From contig OX638340.1 of the NCBI GenBank assembly GCA_951812955.1, positions 1,024,001 to 1,088,000 of the forward strand: 64,000 bases of DNA. The letters are read 5' to 3'. This document shows, one piece after another, positions 10,241 to 19,042 of the stretch. Both the position numbers and the translations under genes were made by a program. Source of the stretch: an uncultured Gemmatimonadota bacterium (GTDB lineage Bacteria; JAAXHH01). How positions within the stretch are numbered: position 1 is the first letter of the stretch; each line of letters starts with the position of its first letter. The notes beneath the pieces were generated by a model that was not told where the DNA came from, ran no database searches, and worked only from the letters and a program-made list of their open reading frames with translations.

Positions 10241-10577
10241 TCGTTCCCGGGCAATCTCGAACTAGTCTTCGATGCCGCATCACGTTCCCGGACAATCCAG
10301 CCTGCGCCCTTCACTCCGCGTTACCATCTCGAGAGGATAGCAGGAGCTATGATACCCAAGTAATATGGTCCGCGTCCAATACTTTCCATTTATTCTCTCC
10401 CAGCCGCGACGCCAGGACGCTGAATTGAGCCTGCAAACCCCTACTGTTATCGTTTGTAATCGCGCATTCGTTTGACCCTCAATCTAAATTCCAGTATTTT
10501 GGGAACGAGACACGATCCCGGCATCGGTCTGCCTGAAGAGGCCACGATTACCATAGCAGTTTTCGGAACTCTTCACA

Positions 10578-12779
10578 TTGAATCCAACATCCAAATCGGT
10601 CATTCCCGCGCTCTCAGCCGGACTTACTTCGGGTCTGGGACTTCTGGTTGCCCAGGTTGCCTTCGGCAGCTTCATTTTCTCGGGGGCCCTGGCGCCCTAC
10701 GCTTCACAGGGCGTGGGCCTGGTGCTGTTCGGGAACTTCGCGGCGTGTCTGGTCATCGCTCTTTTGGGTGGTTTCCGCGGGGCTATCGCGGGGCTGTCGC
10801 CCGCGCTGGTCATCGGCATGGCCGTGATCGGCTCCTCCCTGGACGCCGAGGGTCACGCGCTGTTCGCGACCGCATCCGTCGCCCTGATATTCTGTGCGGC
10901 GACCACGGGCGTGTGCTGTCTCGCGGTCGGCCGGTTCCGGCTCGCCAACCTGTTGCGCTTTATACCGTATCCCGTGGCCGGGGGATTCGTGGCCGGAATT
11001 GGCGGGGCCGTGTGCCTGGCGGCCCTGTCCCTGATGGGCGCAGACCCGGATTGGCTGGCAATGCCCGCTCTGTTCGAACCCTCCGTTTTATGGAAGTGGG
11101 TGCCGGGAGTAGTCTTTGGCGTCTTGCTCTACCTCTCCATGAAGACCTGGCGCAACCCACTTATCCTTCCCATGGGTGTGTTACTGGCTGTAGGTGCATA
11201 TCATTTCGCACTCAACAACCTCGGCATTTCGGGAGAAGAGGCACGGACCGCGGGATTGCTACTTACGAGCACGGCGGAAGGCAGCCTGTGGCCGGCGTTA
11301 GGGCCTGCCGATCTGTCCAATGTCAACTGGGCTTCGCTGACCTCGCAGATCCCCAACATGCTGGCGCTGATGCTGGTGGCGTTTATAAGCATCATCATGA
11401 ATATCGCCGGACTCGAAATGGCGACGAACCAGGAACTGAACTGGGACCAGGAGTTCAGGGTGACGGGACTGGCAAGCGTGCTTGCGGGACTGGGCGGGGG
11501 GACCGTGGCGACGCTTGTCGTTCCCGCGTCGCTTCGAAGCAAGTTGTTCGGTGCGACAACCCGGATGACCGGGGTGGTCGCTGCACTCGTTATCGGCGTG
11601 GCCCTTGTACTGGGCGACGGCATGCTGGAGATCGTACCCGCGGCGCTCGTGGGCGGAATCCTGGTCTTCGCCGGCCTGGGCATGCTGGACGAAGGGCTTG
11701 TGAGAAGCCGAAGAAGGCTTCCGCGGATGGAGTATGGAATTGTTCTGGCGATGTTTGCGGTTGTCACGTCGCTCGGATTGATCGAGGGCGTAGCCGTCGG
11801 TATGCTGGCCACGCTGGTTTTCTTCGCCGTGCGGCTCAGCAGGGTTGACCCCATCGAATCAAGATTCACCGCGCAGGAACGAGAGAGCATAAAATCGAGA
11901 TCCATACCCGACCGGGCTATACTGCGCAGAGAAGGTGAGCGGATACAGGTATACAAGCTGCGTGGTTACATTTTCTTCGGCAGCGCCTACGCGCTCTCAG
12001 ATGAATTCAAGAACAGGTTAAGCGGCGATTCGAGACCGGTGTGCATCATGCTGGATTTCGCGGCCGTTTCAGGCCTCGACTTCTCGGCCGTGAACGCCAT
12101 GGGAAGGTTTCTGCAAGCGGCGAAAGCGTCCAGCGTACGTGTCGTGCTCAGCGCGTTGTCCGAGGGACTGAAAGACCGGTTCGAACGCAGCCTGCCGGCT
12201 TCGGTGTATGGCGAATTGCTGTGGGAACCCGACGCGGACCGCGGTCTCGAACGTTGCGAGGATATCCTGATCGAAACGTGGAACACCGAGTCCGGAGGGA
12301 CCGAAGAACGGCGAGAATCGCTGCTGAAACATTCCGCGGAAGAACTGGAACACTACCTCGATCGACAAATCGATTTCGAGAGCCTGACGGAATCACTGCA
12401 AGGGTGGCTGAACCCAAGCAAGTACGAAGCAGGCGAGGTCCTGGCCGGGCCGGGTGCTCCCACGGACCATCTGCAACTGATCCTTTCGGGCCGCGTATCC
12501 GGTTACGATACCAGGGCGACCCGCCTGTTCCAATGCGGGCCGGGTGACGCGATCTGGCCGAATGGCGCGCCGGGTCAGAAAGCACACCGCGTAGTGGCCA
12601 ATGTACACTGTCAAACGATGTTGCTATCGCCCGCGGTTCTTGGCCGGCTGGAGCAGAACGAACAGCAACTGGTACATGACCTTTACCGGTACTTGCTGGC
12701 CGGACGGCTTCGCAGCGAACGGGAAGCCGGAGCATCGTTTACGGATACTGACAGCAAGATGCAGGGAAAAGAACGATGA
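10578..12779 (+). CDS. SulP-family anion transporter fused to STAS and cyclic-nucleotide-binding domains
   Basis: 733 aa; many TM helices, STAS-like block (VYKLRGYIFFGSAYAL...CIMLDFAAVSGLDFSA), C-terminal cNMP-binding-like block (GEVLAGPGAPTDHLQLILSGRV); first codon in ORF is TTG so start uncertain. Confidence 0.7.
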   Translation: MNPTSKSVIPALSAGLTSGLGLLVAQVAFGSFIFSGALAPYASQGVGLVLFGNFAACLVIALLGGFRGAIAGLSPALVIGMAVIGSSLDAEGHALFATASVALIFCAATTGVCCLAVGRFRLANLLRFIPYPVAGGFVAGIGGAVCLAALSLMGADPDWLAMPALFEPSVLWKWVPGVVFGVLLYLSMKTWRNPLILPMGVLLAVGAYHFALNNLGISGEEARTAGLLLTSTAEGSLWPALGPADLSNVNWASLTSQIPNMLALMLVAFISIIMNIAGLEMATNQELNWDQEFRVTGLASVLAGLGGGTVATLVVPASLRSKLFGATTRMTGVVAALVIGVALVLGDGMLEIVPAALVGGILVFAGLGMLDEGLVRSRRRLPRMEYGIVLAMFAVVTSLGLIEGVAVGMLATLVFFAVRLSRVDPIESRFTAQERESIKSRSIPDRAILRREGERIQVYKLRGYIFFGSAYALSDEFKNRLSGDSRPVCIMLDFAAVSGLDFSAVNAMGRFLQAAKASSVRVVLSALSEGLKDRFERSLPASVYGELLWEPDADRGLERCEDILIETWNTESGGTEERRESLLKHSAEELEHYLDRQIDFESLTESLQGWLNPSKYEAGEVLAGPGAPTDHLQLILSGRVSGYDTRATRLFQCGPGDAIWPNGAPGQKAHRVVANVHCQTMLLSPAVLGRLEQNEQQLVHDLYRYLLAGRLRSEREAGASFTDTDSKMQGKER

Positions 12780-12885
12780 GCGGGTAATGCCGGCTGTCTT
12801 CTATACGTCCCATACCACATGGGTTCAGGAAATCAGTCTCCGCTATGAATTACACGGAGATTCTGACGAATCCGCCTTCGTGCAG

Positions 12886-13668
12886 CTAGAACCGATAGGC
12901 CGTCTCCAGCGGTTGCCCCTCCTCCAAGGCGCGTCGTGAAAAGTTCTCTTTTTCGCGCAACTCCCCGATCACGCGAATGACGTCCTCCAACGACTCACTG
13001 GGAAAGGCCATCACGCCGTTCACGTCCGCGGCGATAACGTCACCGGGGGCGACTTCGATTCCTCCGCAGACTATCGGCACGTTGGCGGCGACGGGGCGGA
13101 TCACCGAACCGGGACCATAGAGGCAGATTCCCCCCGCGTAAACAGGCAGGCCGATTTCCTCCATGCCCTCGATATCCCGGCAGCCGCCATCGGTCACCAG
13201 GCCCGCCATCCCCTTCTGACGACAGGCCAGCACGATCACGTCTCCGAACATGCTGAGCACCTCGCTGGTACCACTCGCCGTCACCCAGATCGATCCGGGC
13301 TCCGCTTCGTCCACCGGGCGAAAGACGAATGAACGAATGTCGTCCCGCGTGGTCGGGGTGTCGCTCTCCTCGTACTTCGTCGTCACGGCCGGCCCGGCGA
13401 TCGTACCCCTGGCGGGGATCATTGGTCGCACGCTTCGGGACATGGCCAGCCGCTCCCGGTCATGCCCCAGCCGGATCAACGCGTCCATGATCAGCGGCGT
13501 TGGTGCGTCTCTGAGCGCGCGGAAGGGATCACTGCTGGTACCGGTTTCCTGGTTCGTCTGAACCGCATGCGTTCTGGCGGGACTAGAGGCAAGGCTCGCG
13601 GCGGCCGTCGCGGCCATTCCGGATTTCAGGAACCCCCTGCGGGACAGGCTTCGATTGAATATCGTCAT
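12886..13668 (-). CDS. RraA/HMG-CoA-aldolase-like family protein with twin-arginine (Tat) signal peptide
   Basis: Start chosen at MTIFNRSLSRRGFLKSGMAATAAASLASS (SRRGFLK Tat motif); AGGAG RBS 8 nt upstream; RraA-like core (GDVIVLACRQKGMAGLVTDGGCRD). Confidence 0.7.
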   Translation of the reverse strand: MTIFNRSLSRRGFLKSGMAATAAASLASSPARTHAVQTNQETGTSSDPFRALRDAPTPLIMDALIRLGHDRERLAMSRSVRPMIPARGTIAGPAVTTKYEESDTPTTRDDIRSFVFRPVDEAEPGSIWVTASGTSEVLSMFGDVIVLACRQKGMAGLVTDGGCRDIEGMEEIGLPVYAGGICLYGPGSVIRPVAANVPIVCGGIEVAPGDVIAADVNGVMAFPSESLEDVIRVIGELREKENFSRRALEEGQPLETAYRF

Positions 13669-13757
13669 ATTGTGCTCCTGGAATGTGTGGATGAGGGTCG
13701 AAAACCAGCATCGTTCCTGCGCATACATCAACTCGGTTCCACGTTGCGATTAAACTG

Positions 13758-13786
13758 TTGATACCGTGGAAGACCACGTCTATTAT
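13758..13786 (+). promoter_or_regulatory. sigma70-like promoter (TTGATA-N17-TATTAT) for the larA-like gene
   Basis: TTGATA 13758-13763, 17-nt spacer, TATTAT 13781-13786 (TATAAT also at 13784-13789). Confidence 0.4.
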
Positions 13787-13816
13787 AATTGAACCTGCCG
13801 TCGGACCGGGCAGTTT

Positions 13817-13865
13817 ACCTGAAGTCTTTCGATCCTGGCAGATAACCTGAAGTCTTTCGATCCTG
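13817..13865 (+). repeat. 2 x 21-bp perfect direct repeat ACCTGAAGTCTTTCGATCCTG (7-bp spacer) in 5' leader of larA-like gene
   Basis: copies at 13817-13837 and 13845-13865. Confidence 0.9.
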
Positions 13866-13906
13866 TCCCCTTGTGCATCAAGTGGCCATCCCGAAAGTGG
13901 TTCGCG

Positions 13907-15463
13907 ATGAAATACCTGACCTATTCCGGTAACAACATCATCCACGCGGAACTGCCCGAAGAAGCGTCGGTCTTCTTCCCTCCGCCACCGCTCCCTGGAA
14001 TACCGAACAAGGATATACCGAACCGGGTCAGGGCGGCCTTCGAATCTCCCCTGGACATGCCGCCCCTGGAGGAACTGGTCGACGAGAAGAGCAGGATCCT
14101 CATCGCTTTCGACGACAATTGCCAGCCCTTTCCAGCTACCGCGCCGCCCGATATCCGCCAGCTCGCCATCGAGGCTCTGCTGGATATGCTCGACAGCTAC
14201 GGGGTGAAGCTGGAAAACATCGAGCTTATGTGTGCGGTCGCGCTGCATCGCAAGATGAAGGACTACGAATTGGCCGCCATGCTAGGCAAGCGCATCATGA
14301 AAACCTTCCACCCCCATCAACTGGTCAATTTCGACGCCGAGGACCCCGACGACATCGTCGTGCTGGGTACGACCGAAGAGGGAGAACCGGTGGAGACCAG
14401 CCGCAAGGTCATCGAAAGCGACCTGGTGATCTACGTGGACTCCATTCAGATTCCCCTGAACGGGGGACACAAATCCGTGGCCGTGGGTCTGGGAACGTAC
14501 AACAGCATCGCGCCGCACCACGCGCCCCAGATGACCTCTGAGAAGCCCCACGTCATGCAGCCCGAAGGTTCCGAAATGCACGGTTCAATCGAGCGCATTA
14601 GCCGCGTCATACTGAAACACACCCGCGTCATGGTCCTCGAGGCCGCCATGAACAACGCGTCCTATCCCCCGCTGATGCGCTATCTCAGCAAACCGGCGGA
14701 GCGTTGCAACCTGTTCGAGCGCGTGCTGAAGGCCACGACGCCGGCGTCCATGAAACTGTTGCCCGAATCGGTGCGATTCCAGGTATTCAAGGGCATTCAG
14801 AGCGCCTATCTTCCCGTCGAGATCAATGCCGGCTCAATCGACGCCGTCCACGAACCGACGCTGCAGACGCTGAAGGACCAGTTGCTGGTGACGACCGACC
14901 ACCAGCACGACACACTCGTATTCGGCCTGCCCGACCTCAGTCCCTACTCGGTCGGTGCGCGGATCAACCCGGTCCTGGTCCTGAGCGACGTCCTCGGATA
15001 CGTATTCAACTGGTTCTACAACAAGCCCTTCGTGAAGCCGGGAGGCGTGGTTATCATCATGAACCCGGTCTTCGAGTACTTCCATCCCGAGTACCACGTC
15101 GCCTACGAGAAGTTCTGGAACGAGGTGCTGCCCGAGACCCAGGATCCCTTCGAGATGCAATCGGCTTTCCAGGAGAAGTTCGCCCGGGATCCCCACATGA
15201 TCGACTGTTACCGGCACCGCTTCGCCCACCACGGCTTCCATCCCTTCACCGTGTGGTACTGGGCGACTTACCCGCTTAAATACCTGTCCAGGGTGATCCT
15301 GGCCGGCCCGAAAACAGACTTCGCCGCCAAGAGGCTGGGCGTTTCCTGGGCGCCGGACCTGGAGCACGCACTGGGTCAGGCCCGCGAAGTTACCGGCGGC
15401 GACGACGTGGTGGCCCTGACCATCCCGCCCTTCATGTACATGCAGGTGAATGACAAGGGTTAA
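13907..15463 (+). CDS. LarA-like (nickel-pincer-cofactor-dependent lactate racemase family, DUF2088) protein
   Basis: Start at MKYLTYSG; N-terminal region resembles LarA/DUF2088 topology; no larBCE nearby. Confidence 0.55.
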   Translation: MKYLTYSGNNIIHAELPEEASVFFPPPPLPGIPNKDIPNRVRAAFESPLDMPPLEELVDEKSRILIAFDDNCQPFPATAPPDIRQLAIEALLDMLDSYGVKLENIELMCAVALHRKMKDYELAAMLGKRIMKTFHPHQLVNFDAEDPDDIVVLGTTEEGEPVETSRKVIESDLVIYVDSIQIPLNGGHKSVAVGLGTYNSIAPHHAPQMTSEKPHVMQPEGSEMHGSIERISRVILKHTRVMVLEAAMNNASYPPLMRYLSKPAERCNLFERVLKATTPASMKLLPESVRFQVFKGIQSAYLPVEINAGSIDAVHEPTLQTLKDQLLVTTDHQHDTLVFGLPDLSPYSVGARINPVLVLSDVLGYVFNWFYNKPFVKPGGVVIIMNPVFEYFHPEYHVAYEKFWNEVLPETQDPFEMQSAFQEKFARDPHMIDCYRHRFAHHGFHPFTVWYWATYPLKYLSRVILAGPKTDFAAKRLGVSWAPDLEHALGQAREVTGGDDVVALTIPPFMYMQVNDKG

Positions 15464-15485
15464 TTAAGCGCGCTAATGACAAGGA

Positions 15486-16511
15486 TTAAGAGAGCGCGCC
15501 ACGGAGTTTCCCCACCAGGTCACGGGCCGGCGCAAAGGGCAGCGTAACGACCGCCCGGCGCAACGCGCTTTCGTAAATCCCCAGGATCACGCTGAAGTCG
15601 GACAGCGCCGAATCGATGTTCAACGGGTGGACGGCCGAGTCGTCTTCGATCCAGTCGATCATGGCTTCGGTCATCGCCGCCTGGCCGCGGATGTCTTCCT
15701 CGGCGTAGACATGTTCCCCGCTTTCGTATTTGTTGTCTATCCTGGATTCCCAACCGTGCATGGTCCAATGCACGTACCCCTTGTCCCCGTACACCGCAAT
15801 ACGCTTGTGGACGTTTACCGCTCCGGCGGCGATAACGCGAGGCGCGACGGCGCCGCAGCGCAGCAGGGCGCTCACGCCGTTGTCGTAGTTGATGACTCCG
15901 GTGCAATGGTCCGGCGCGTAGTGGTGCCTGGAGGTTTCGGCCAGTCCTTCCGGGCCCGATACCTGTCCGAAGACATCGACCGGCGTCGCGCCGGTGTTGA
16001 AAGCACCTACGGCCTGCAGCGCGTGCGTCCCCTGGTAGGCCAGGTTCATCCCCGCACTGGCCTCAATGAAGCGTAGATTCCCGATTGCGCCTTCCCGCAC
16101 CTTCCGCTGAAACAGGCTCCGTCGAGGGTGAAAGTGCAACTGGTGATTGACGGCTATTTTGACCCTGGCAGACCGCGCGAAGGCCTGCATCGCCAGGAAA
16201 TCCTCTCCCTGGATGGCAACGGGTTTCTCGACCAGCACGGCCGGTATCCCCGCCGACTCCGCCGCTTCGAAGATCTCCATGCGTACCGAGGGCGGCGTGT
16301 TAACATGGACCAGGTCCGGTTTCTCCCGCTCGAACATCTCGCGGTAGTCTGTGTACCTCGCGGACACATCGAACGCCGATCCGAAGGCATCGAGCTTATC
16401 CCGCTGACGGCTCGACACGGCGGCCAGGCTTCCGCGGCTTACGTGCCGGTAGGCCTCGGCCAGTCCACGAGCCCTCCCGCCGCTGACCCCGATGATTGCG
16501 CTTTTCATCAT
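15486..16511 (-). CDS. Gfo/Idh/MocA family NAD(P)-dependent oxidoreductase
   Basis: Start at MMKSAIIGVSGGRARGLA (Rossmann); ORF track extends to 16676 but that would overlap the adh gene and the repeat array. Confidence 0.8.
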   Translation of the reverse strand: MMKSAIIGVSGGRARGLAEAYRHVSRGSLAAVSSRQRDKLDAFGSAFDVSARYTDYREMFEREKPDLVHVNTPPSVRMEIFEAAESAGIPAVLVEKPVAIQGEDFLAMQAFARSARVKIAVNHQLHFHPRRSLFQRKVREGAIGNLRFIEASAGMNLAYQGTHALQAVGAFNTGATPVDVFGQVSGPEGLAETSRHHYAPDHCTGVINYDNGVSALLRCGAVAPRVIAAGAVNVHKRIAVYGDKGYVHWTMHGWESRIDNKYESGEHVYAEEDIRGQAAMTEAMIDWIEDDSAVHPLNIDSALSDFSVILGIYESALRRAVVTLPFAPARDLVGKLRGALS

Positions 16512-16542
16512 ATTGATATTTGCCTCGCCTGTTCGAAATGCT

Positions 16543-16625
16543 AGGCAATGCGAGACCGGTCCAGGTAATGCGGGACCCTTCCAGGTAATGCGAGACCTAC
16601 CTCGGTAATGCGGGACCCGTACCGT
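16543..16625. repeat. 4 x ~20-bp tandem direct repeat AGGYAATGCGRGACCnnnnCC between adh stop and Gfo/Idh/MocA start
   Basis: aggcaatgcgagaccggtcc / aggtaatgcgggacccttcc / aggtaatgcgagacctacctc / ggtaatgcgggacccgtaccgt. Confidence 0.85.
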
Positions 16626-16638
16626 ACCCGGCCGGCCG

Positions 16639-17658
16639 TCAGGTCCATGGCCGGATGACGACTTTCCCACATTCACCGGATACCTGCGTCTCCCATGCGC
16701 GCTGTATTTCGTCTATGGAAAATACGTGCGTAATGAGTCGATCCACTTTCTTCCTGTTTCGATCAATGATGCCCATGATATCGTGGGCACCCTTCATGTT
16801 GTAATGCCAGGAACCTTTCAGATCGATGCCCTTGCGAATCATGTCGTCGCTTACGACCAGCCGGGTGTCCGCACCGCTCTCACCGACGAAGGCGAGGCTC
16901 CCTCTCCTGCGAAGTGCATCGATGCAGAATCTGTGCGCGGTCGGAGAACCTGAACAGTCCACGGCCTTGTCGACGCCGGTGCCGCCGGTCAGCTCGCGTA
17001 TGCGTTCCGCCGCGTGTTCGTCCCGTGGACAGATGACGTGCGCGGCACCCAATTCCCTTGCCTTCGCCTTCCGGTAAGGATGGGATTCCACGGCGATGAC
17101 CTCGGCGCCCATGTGACTTGCGCAGATCACGCCGCCCAGGCCTACCGGTCCCATTCCGGTTATAAGGACGGTTTCACCGCCCCTCAACCGAAGACGGTCC
17201 AGTGCGCCGTAGGTCGGTCCCAGTCCGCAGCAGGCCATGGCCCCATGCTCATAGGACATGCCTTCGGGGATTGGCGTTAAAAGCCAGTCCTGTTTGAGCA
17301 TGTACTGGGCCAGGGTCGCCTTGCCTTCGTCGCTTCCCGTGAACGCTGCGAAATCCACGACGTTTTCACAATGTATGTAGTCTCCGGAACGACACAGCGC
17401 GCATCCGCCGCACGGATACTGCGGCATGACCGCGACCCGGTCTCCTGCCCTGACAAGACCGGGCTGCGCGACTTCGACCACCTCGCCCGCCGCTTCGTGA
17501 CCGAGAAAATCCGCCCTGTGGCCGGCCGCGAAACCCTTGTACTCGGTGCAGAGCGGCGCCGCGTGTATCTTGATCGGAACCCAGTCTTCCTTTGGTTTCG
17601 GTTCGTCGGCCTCGACGGTGCCTCCGTGGTTCTTTCCGAGGATTACGGCTCTCTTCAT
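16639..17658 (-). CDS. zinc-dependent alcohol dehydrogenase (MDR superfamily)
   Basis: Start at MKRAVILG; GHEAAGEVVEV, CGGCALCRSG structural-zinc motif, GxGxxG. Confidence 0.85.
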   Translation of the reverse strand: MKRAVILGKNHGGTVEADEPKPKEDWVPIKIHAAPLCTEYKGFAAGHRADFLGHEAAGEVVEVAQPGLVRAGDRVAVMPQYPCGGCALCRSGDYIHCENVVDFAAFTGSDEGKATLAQYMLKQDWLLTPIPEGMSYEHGAMACCGLGPTYGALDRLRLRGGETVLITGMGPVGLGGVICASHMGAEVIAVESHPYRKAKARELGAAHVICPRDEHAAERIRELTGGTGVDKAVDCSGSPTAHRFCIDALRRRGSLAFVGESGADTRLVVSDDMIRKGIDLKGSWHYNMKGAHDIMGIIDRNRKKVDRLITHVFSIDEIQRAWETQVSGECGKVVIRPWT

Positions 17659-17794
17659 CGGTAAACGTCCCCCCACGCGAAATCGGGTTACAAATCGTGG
17701 TCTGCGGCCGAACAGGTTGCGTGATGCGTAAGCCGCAATATAACGTCCGTCCGATCTTGACGCAACATACCGAAGACTGTTACTTGGTAAGTCA

Positions 17795-19042
17795 ATGAGC
17801 AGACTTTATCACAACGAATCCGGCCGTGTCATACCGGCGCTGTGCGAGGAACTTACGAGGTTCCGGCGTGCCCGCGTCATCCTGAACCTGCCGGCCACCG
17901 GTTCGGACGCGAACCTGTACGTGCTTGCCCGGCCCCATCGGACCGGCGACAACCCGCTGAACCTGTCCATCAACGGGATCCGTCAGGCTGCAATCCACGC
18001 TGGTGCGGATCTGCATTACAGATGGTATGAAGGGGTCGTAAAAGCCGGCGACCTGCGCGAAGGAGAGAACGTGGTGGCGTTATGGGCCGAGGACAGTGCG
18101 ATGACGGGTTGGTCGCTCGCGCTGGAACCCGGGGGCGCCTCATCCAGCAGTTTCCTTTCCGACGATGGGGGTACGGTCTGGCGCTCCGACCGGATGGGAT
18201 ATCTGAACGCGGTGCAGGGCAACTACTGCGTACGCATTCGCCTGATGGAAGGCCAAGACGATCCGCCTCCGGATATGGTGTGGGAGTCCCCCATTCATCC
18301 TAGGACACGGTCGCTCCACGAGCTGCTCCCGCGCCGTGCCGTTAACGCCACGGATCGGCTCACCCAGGTACGGGAACTGTCTTCCTGGCTGGCTTCGAGC
18401 TGGGAACATTCCGGGTCCCGTCGCGCGACGGTTTACGCGCCGTGGGACGCGGAGACCATACTCGCCTGGGGCGGCAGCCAGCGCGGTCACAACGACGAGC
18501 GTCCCATCGCCATGTGCGTACATTACGCGGTGGCCTTCGTCAGTGCCTGCCAGTCACTCGGCATCCCGGCGCGCTGCGCAGCGCTGACGGGCACGCCCAA
18601 CGGATATGACGGTCATTTCGTGGCGGAAGTCTGGTTCGAGGAACACCGGAAATGGGTGATGGTCGACCCGAACTGCGACGCGATCCTGTTCCGTAACGGG
18701 CAACCGCTGTCCATCGAGGAGATTCAGGAACTGGGAGGCGGACTGGAGCCTTACGTGGCATGGGGTGTCGGTACGCGGTACCAGCGGACTTTCTCCCATA
18801 TAAAAGACTTCATTCGCAACAATCTGACTAAAGGGGCGTGTTTCCGGAACAGAAGCGTCTGGCCGAGGACCGACTTCCTGTCCCGTCCCGAGTATACGCC
18901 TCCGGGCCACGGATCCGTCTCCTACTGTGAGACCGACCTGGTCTGGACGGAATCGGACGTGGAATCAGGCTTCGGAATGTTCAGGTATTTCGCGCAAAAC
19001 GACTACTTTGCCGCGCCACCCGACAGGACCGCCTATGCCTGA
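17795..19042 (+). CDS. transglutaminase-like cysteine protease superfamily protein
   Basis: 415 aa; Cys-His-Asp core MCVHYAVAFVSACQSLGIPARC ... DGHFVAEVWFEEHRKWVMVDPN. Confidence 0.65.
   Translation: MSRLYHNESGRVIPALCEELTRFRRARVILNLPATGSDANLYVLARPHRTGDNPLNLSINGIRQAAIHAGADLHYRWYEGVVKAGDLREGENVVALWAEDSAMTGWSLALEPGGASSSSFLSDDGGTVWRSDRMGYLNAVQGNYCVRIRLMEGQDDPPPDMVWESPIHPRTRSLHELLPRRAVNATDRLTQVRELSSWLASSWEHSGSRRATVYAPWDAETILAWGGSQRGHNDERPIAMCVHYAVAFVSACQSLGIPARCAALTGTPNGYDGHFVAEVWFEEHRKWVMVDPNCDAILFRNGQPLSIEEIQELGGGLEPYVAWGVGTRYQRTFSHIKDFIRNNLTKGACFRNRSVWPRTDFLSRPEYTPPGHGSVSYCETDLVWTESDVESGFGMFRYFAQNDYFAAPPDRTAYA

Noticed and set aside
10472-11848. 458-aa ORF (Arg/Gly-rich) upstream of and overlapping the SulP gene in another frame
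   Set aside because: Composition typical of wrong-frame translation of GC-rich coding DNA; the overlapping frame encodes a coherent polytopic transporter.
11201-11956. 251-aa Ser/Thr/Pro-rich ORF on minus strand
   Set aside because: Antisense shadow of the SulP gene; low-complexity composition, no start context.
16512-16676. 5' extension of the Gfo/Idh/MocA ORF to 16676
   Set aside because: Would overlap the adh gene and translate the tandem repeat array; MMKSAIIG at 16511 is the typical Rossmann start.
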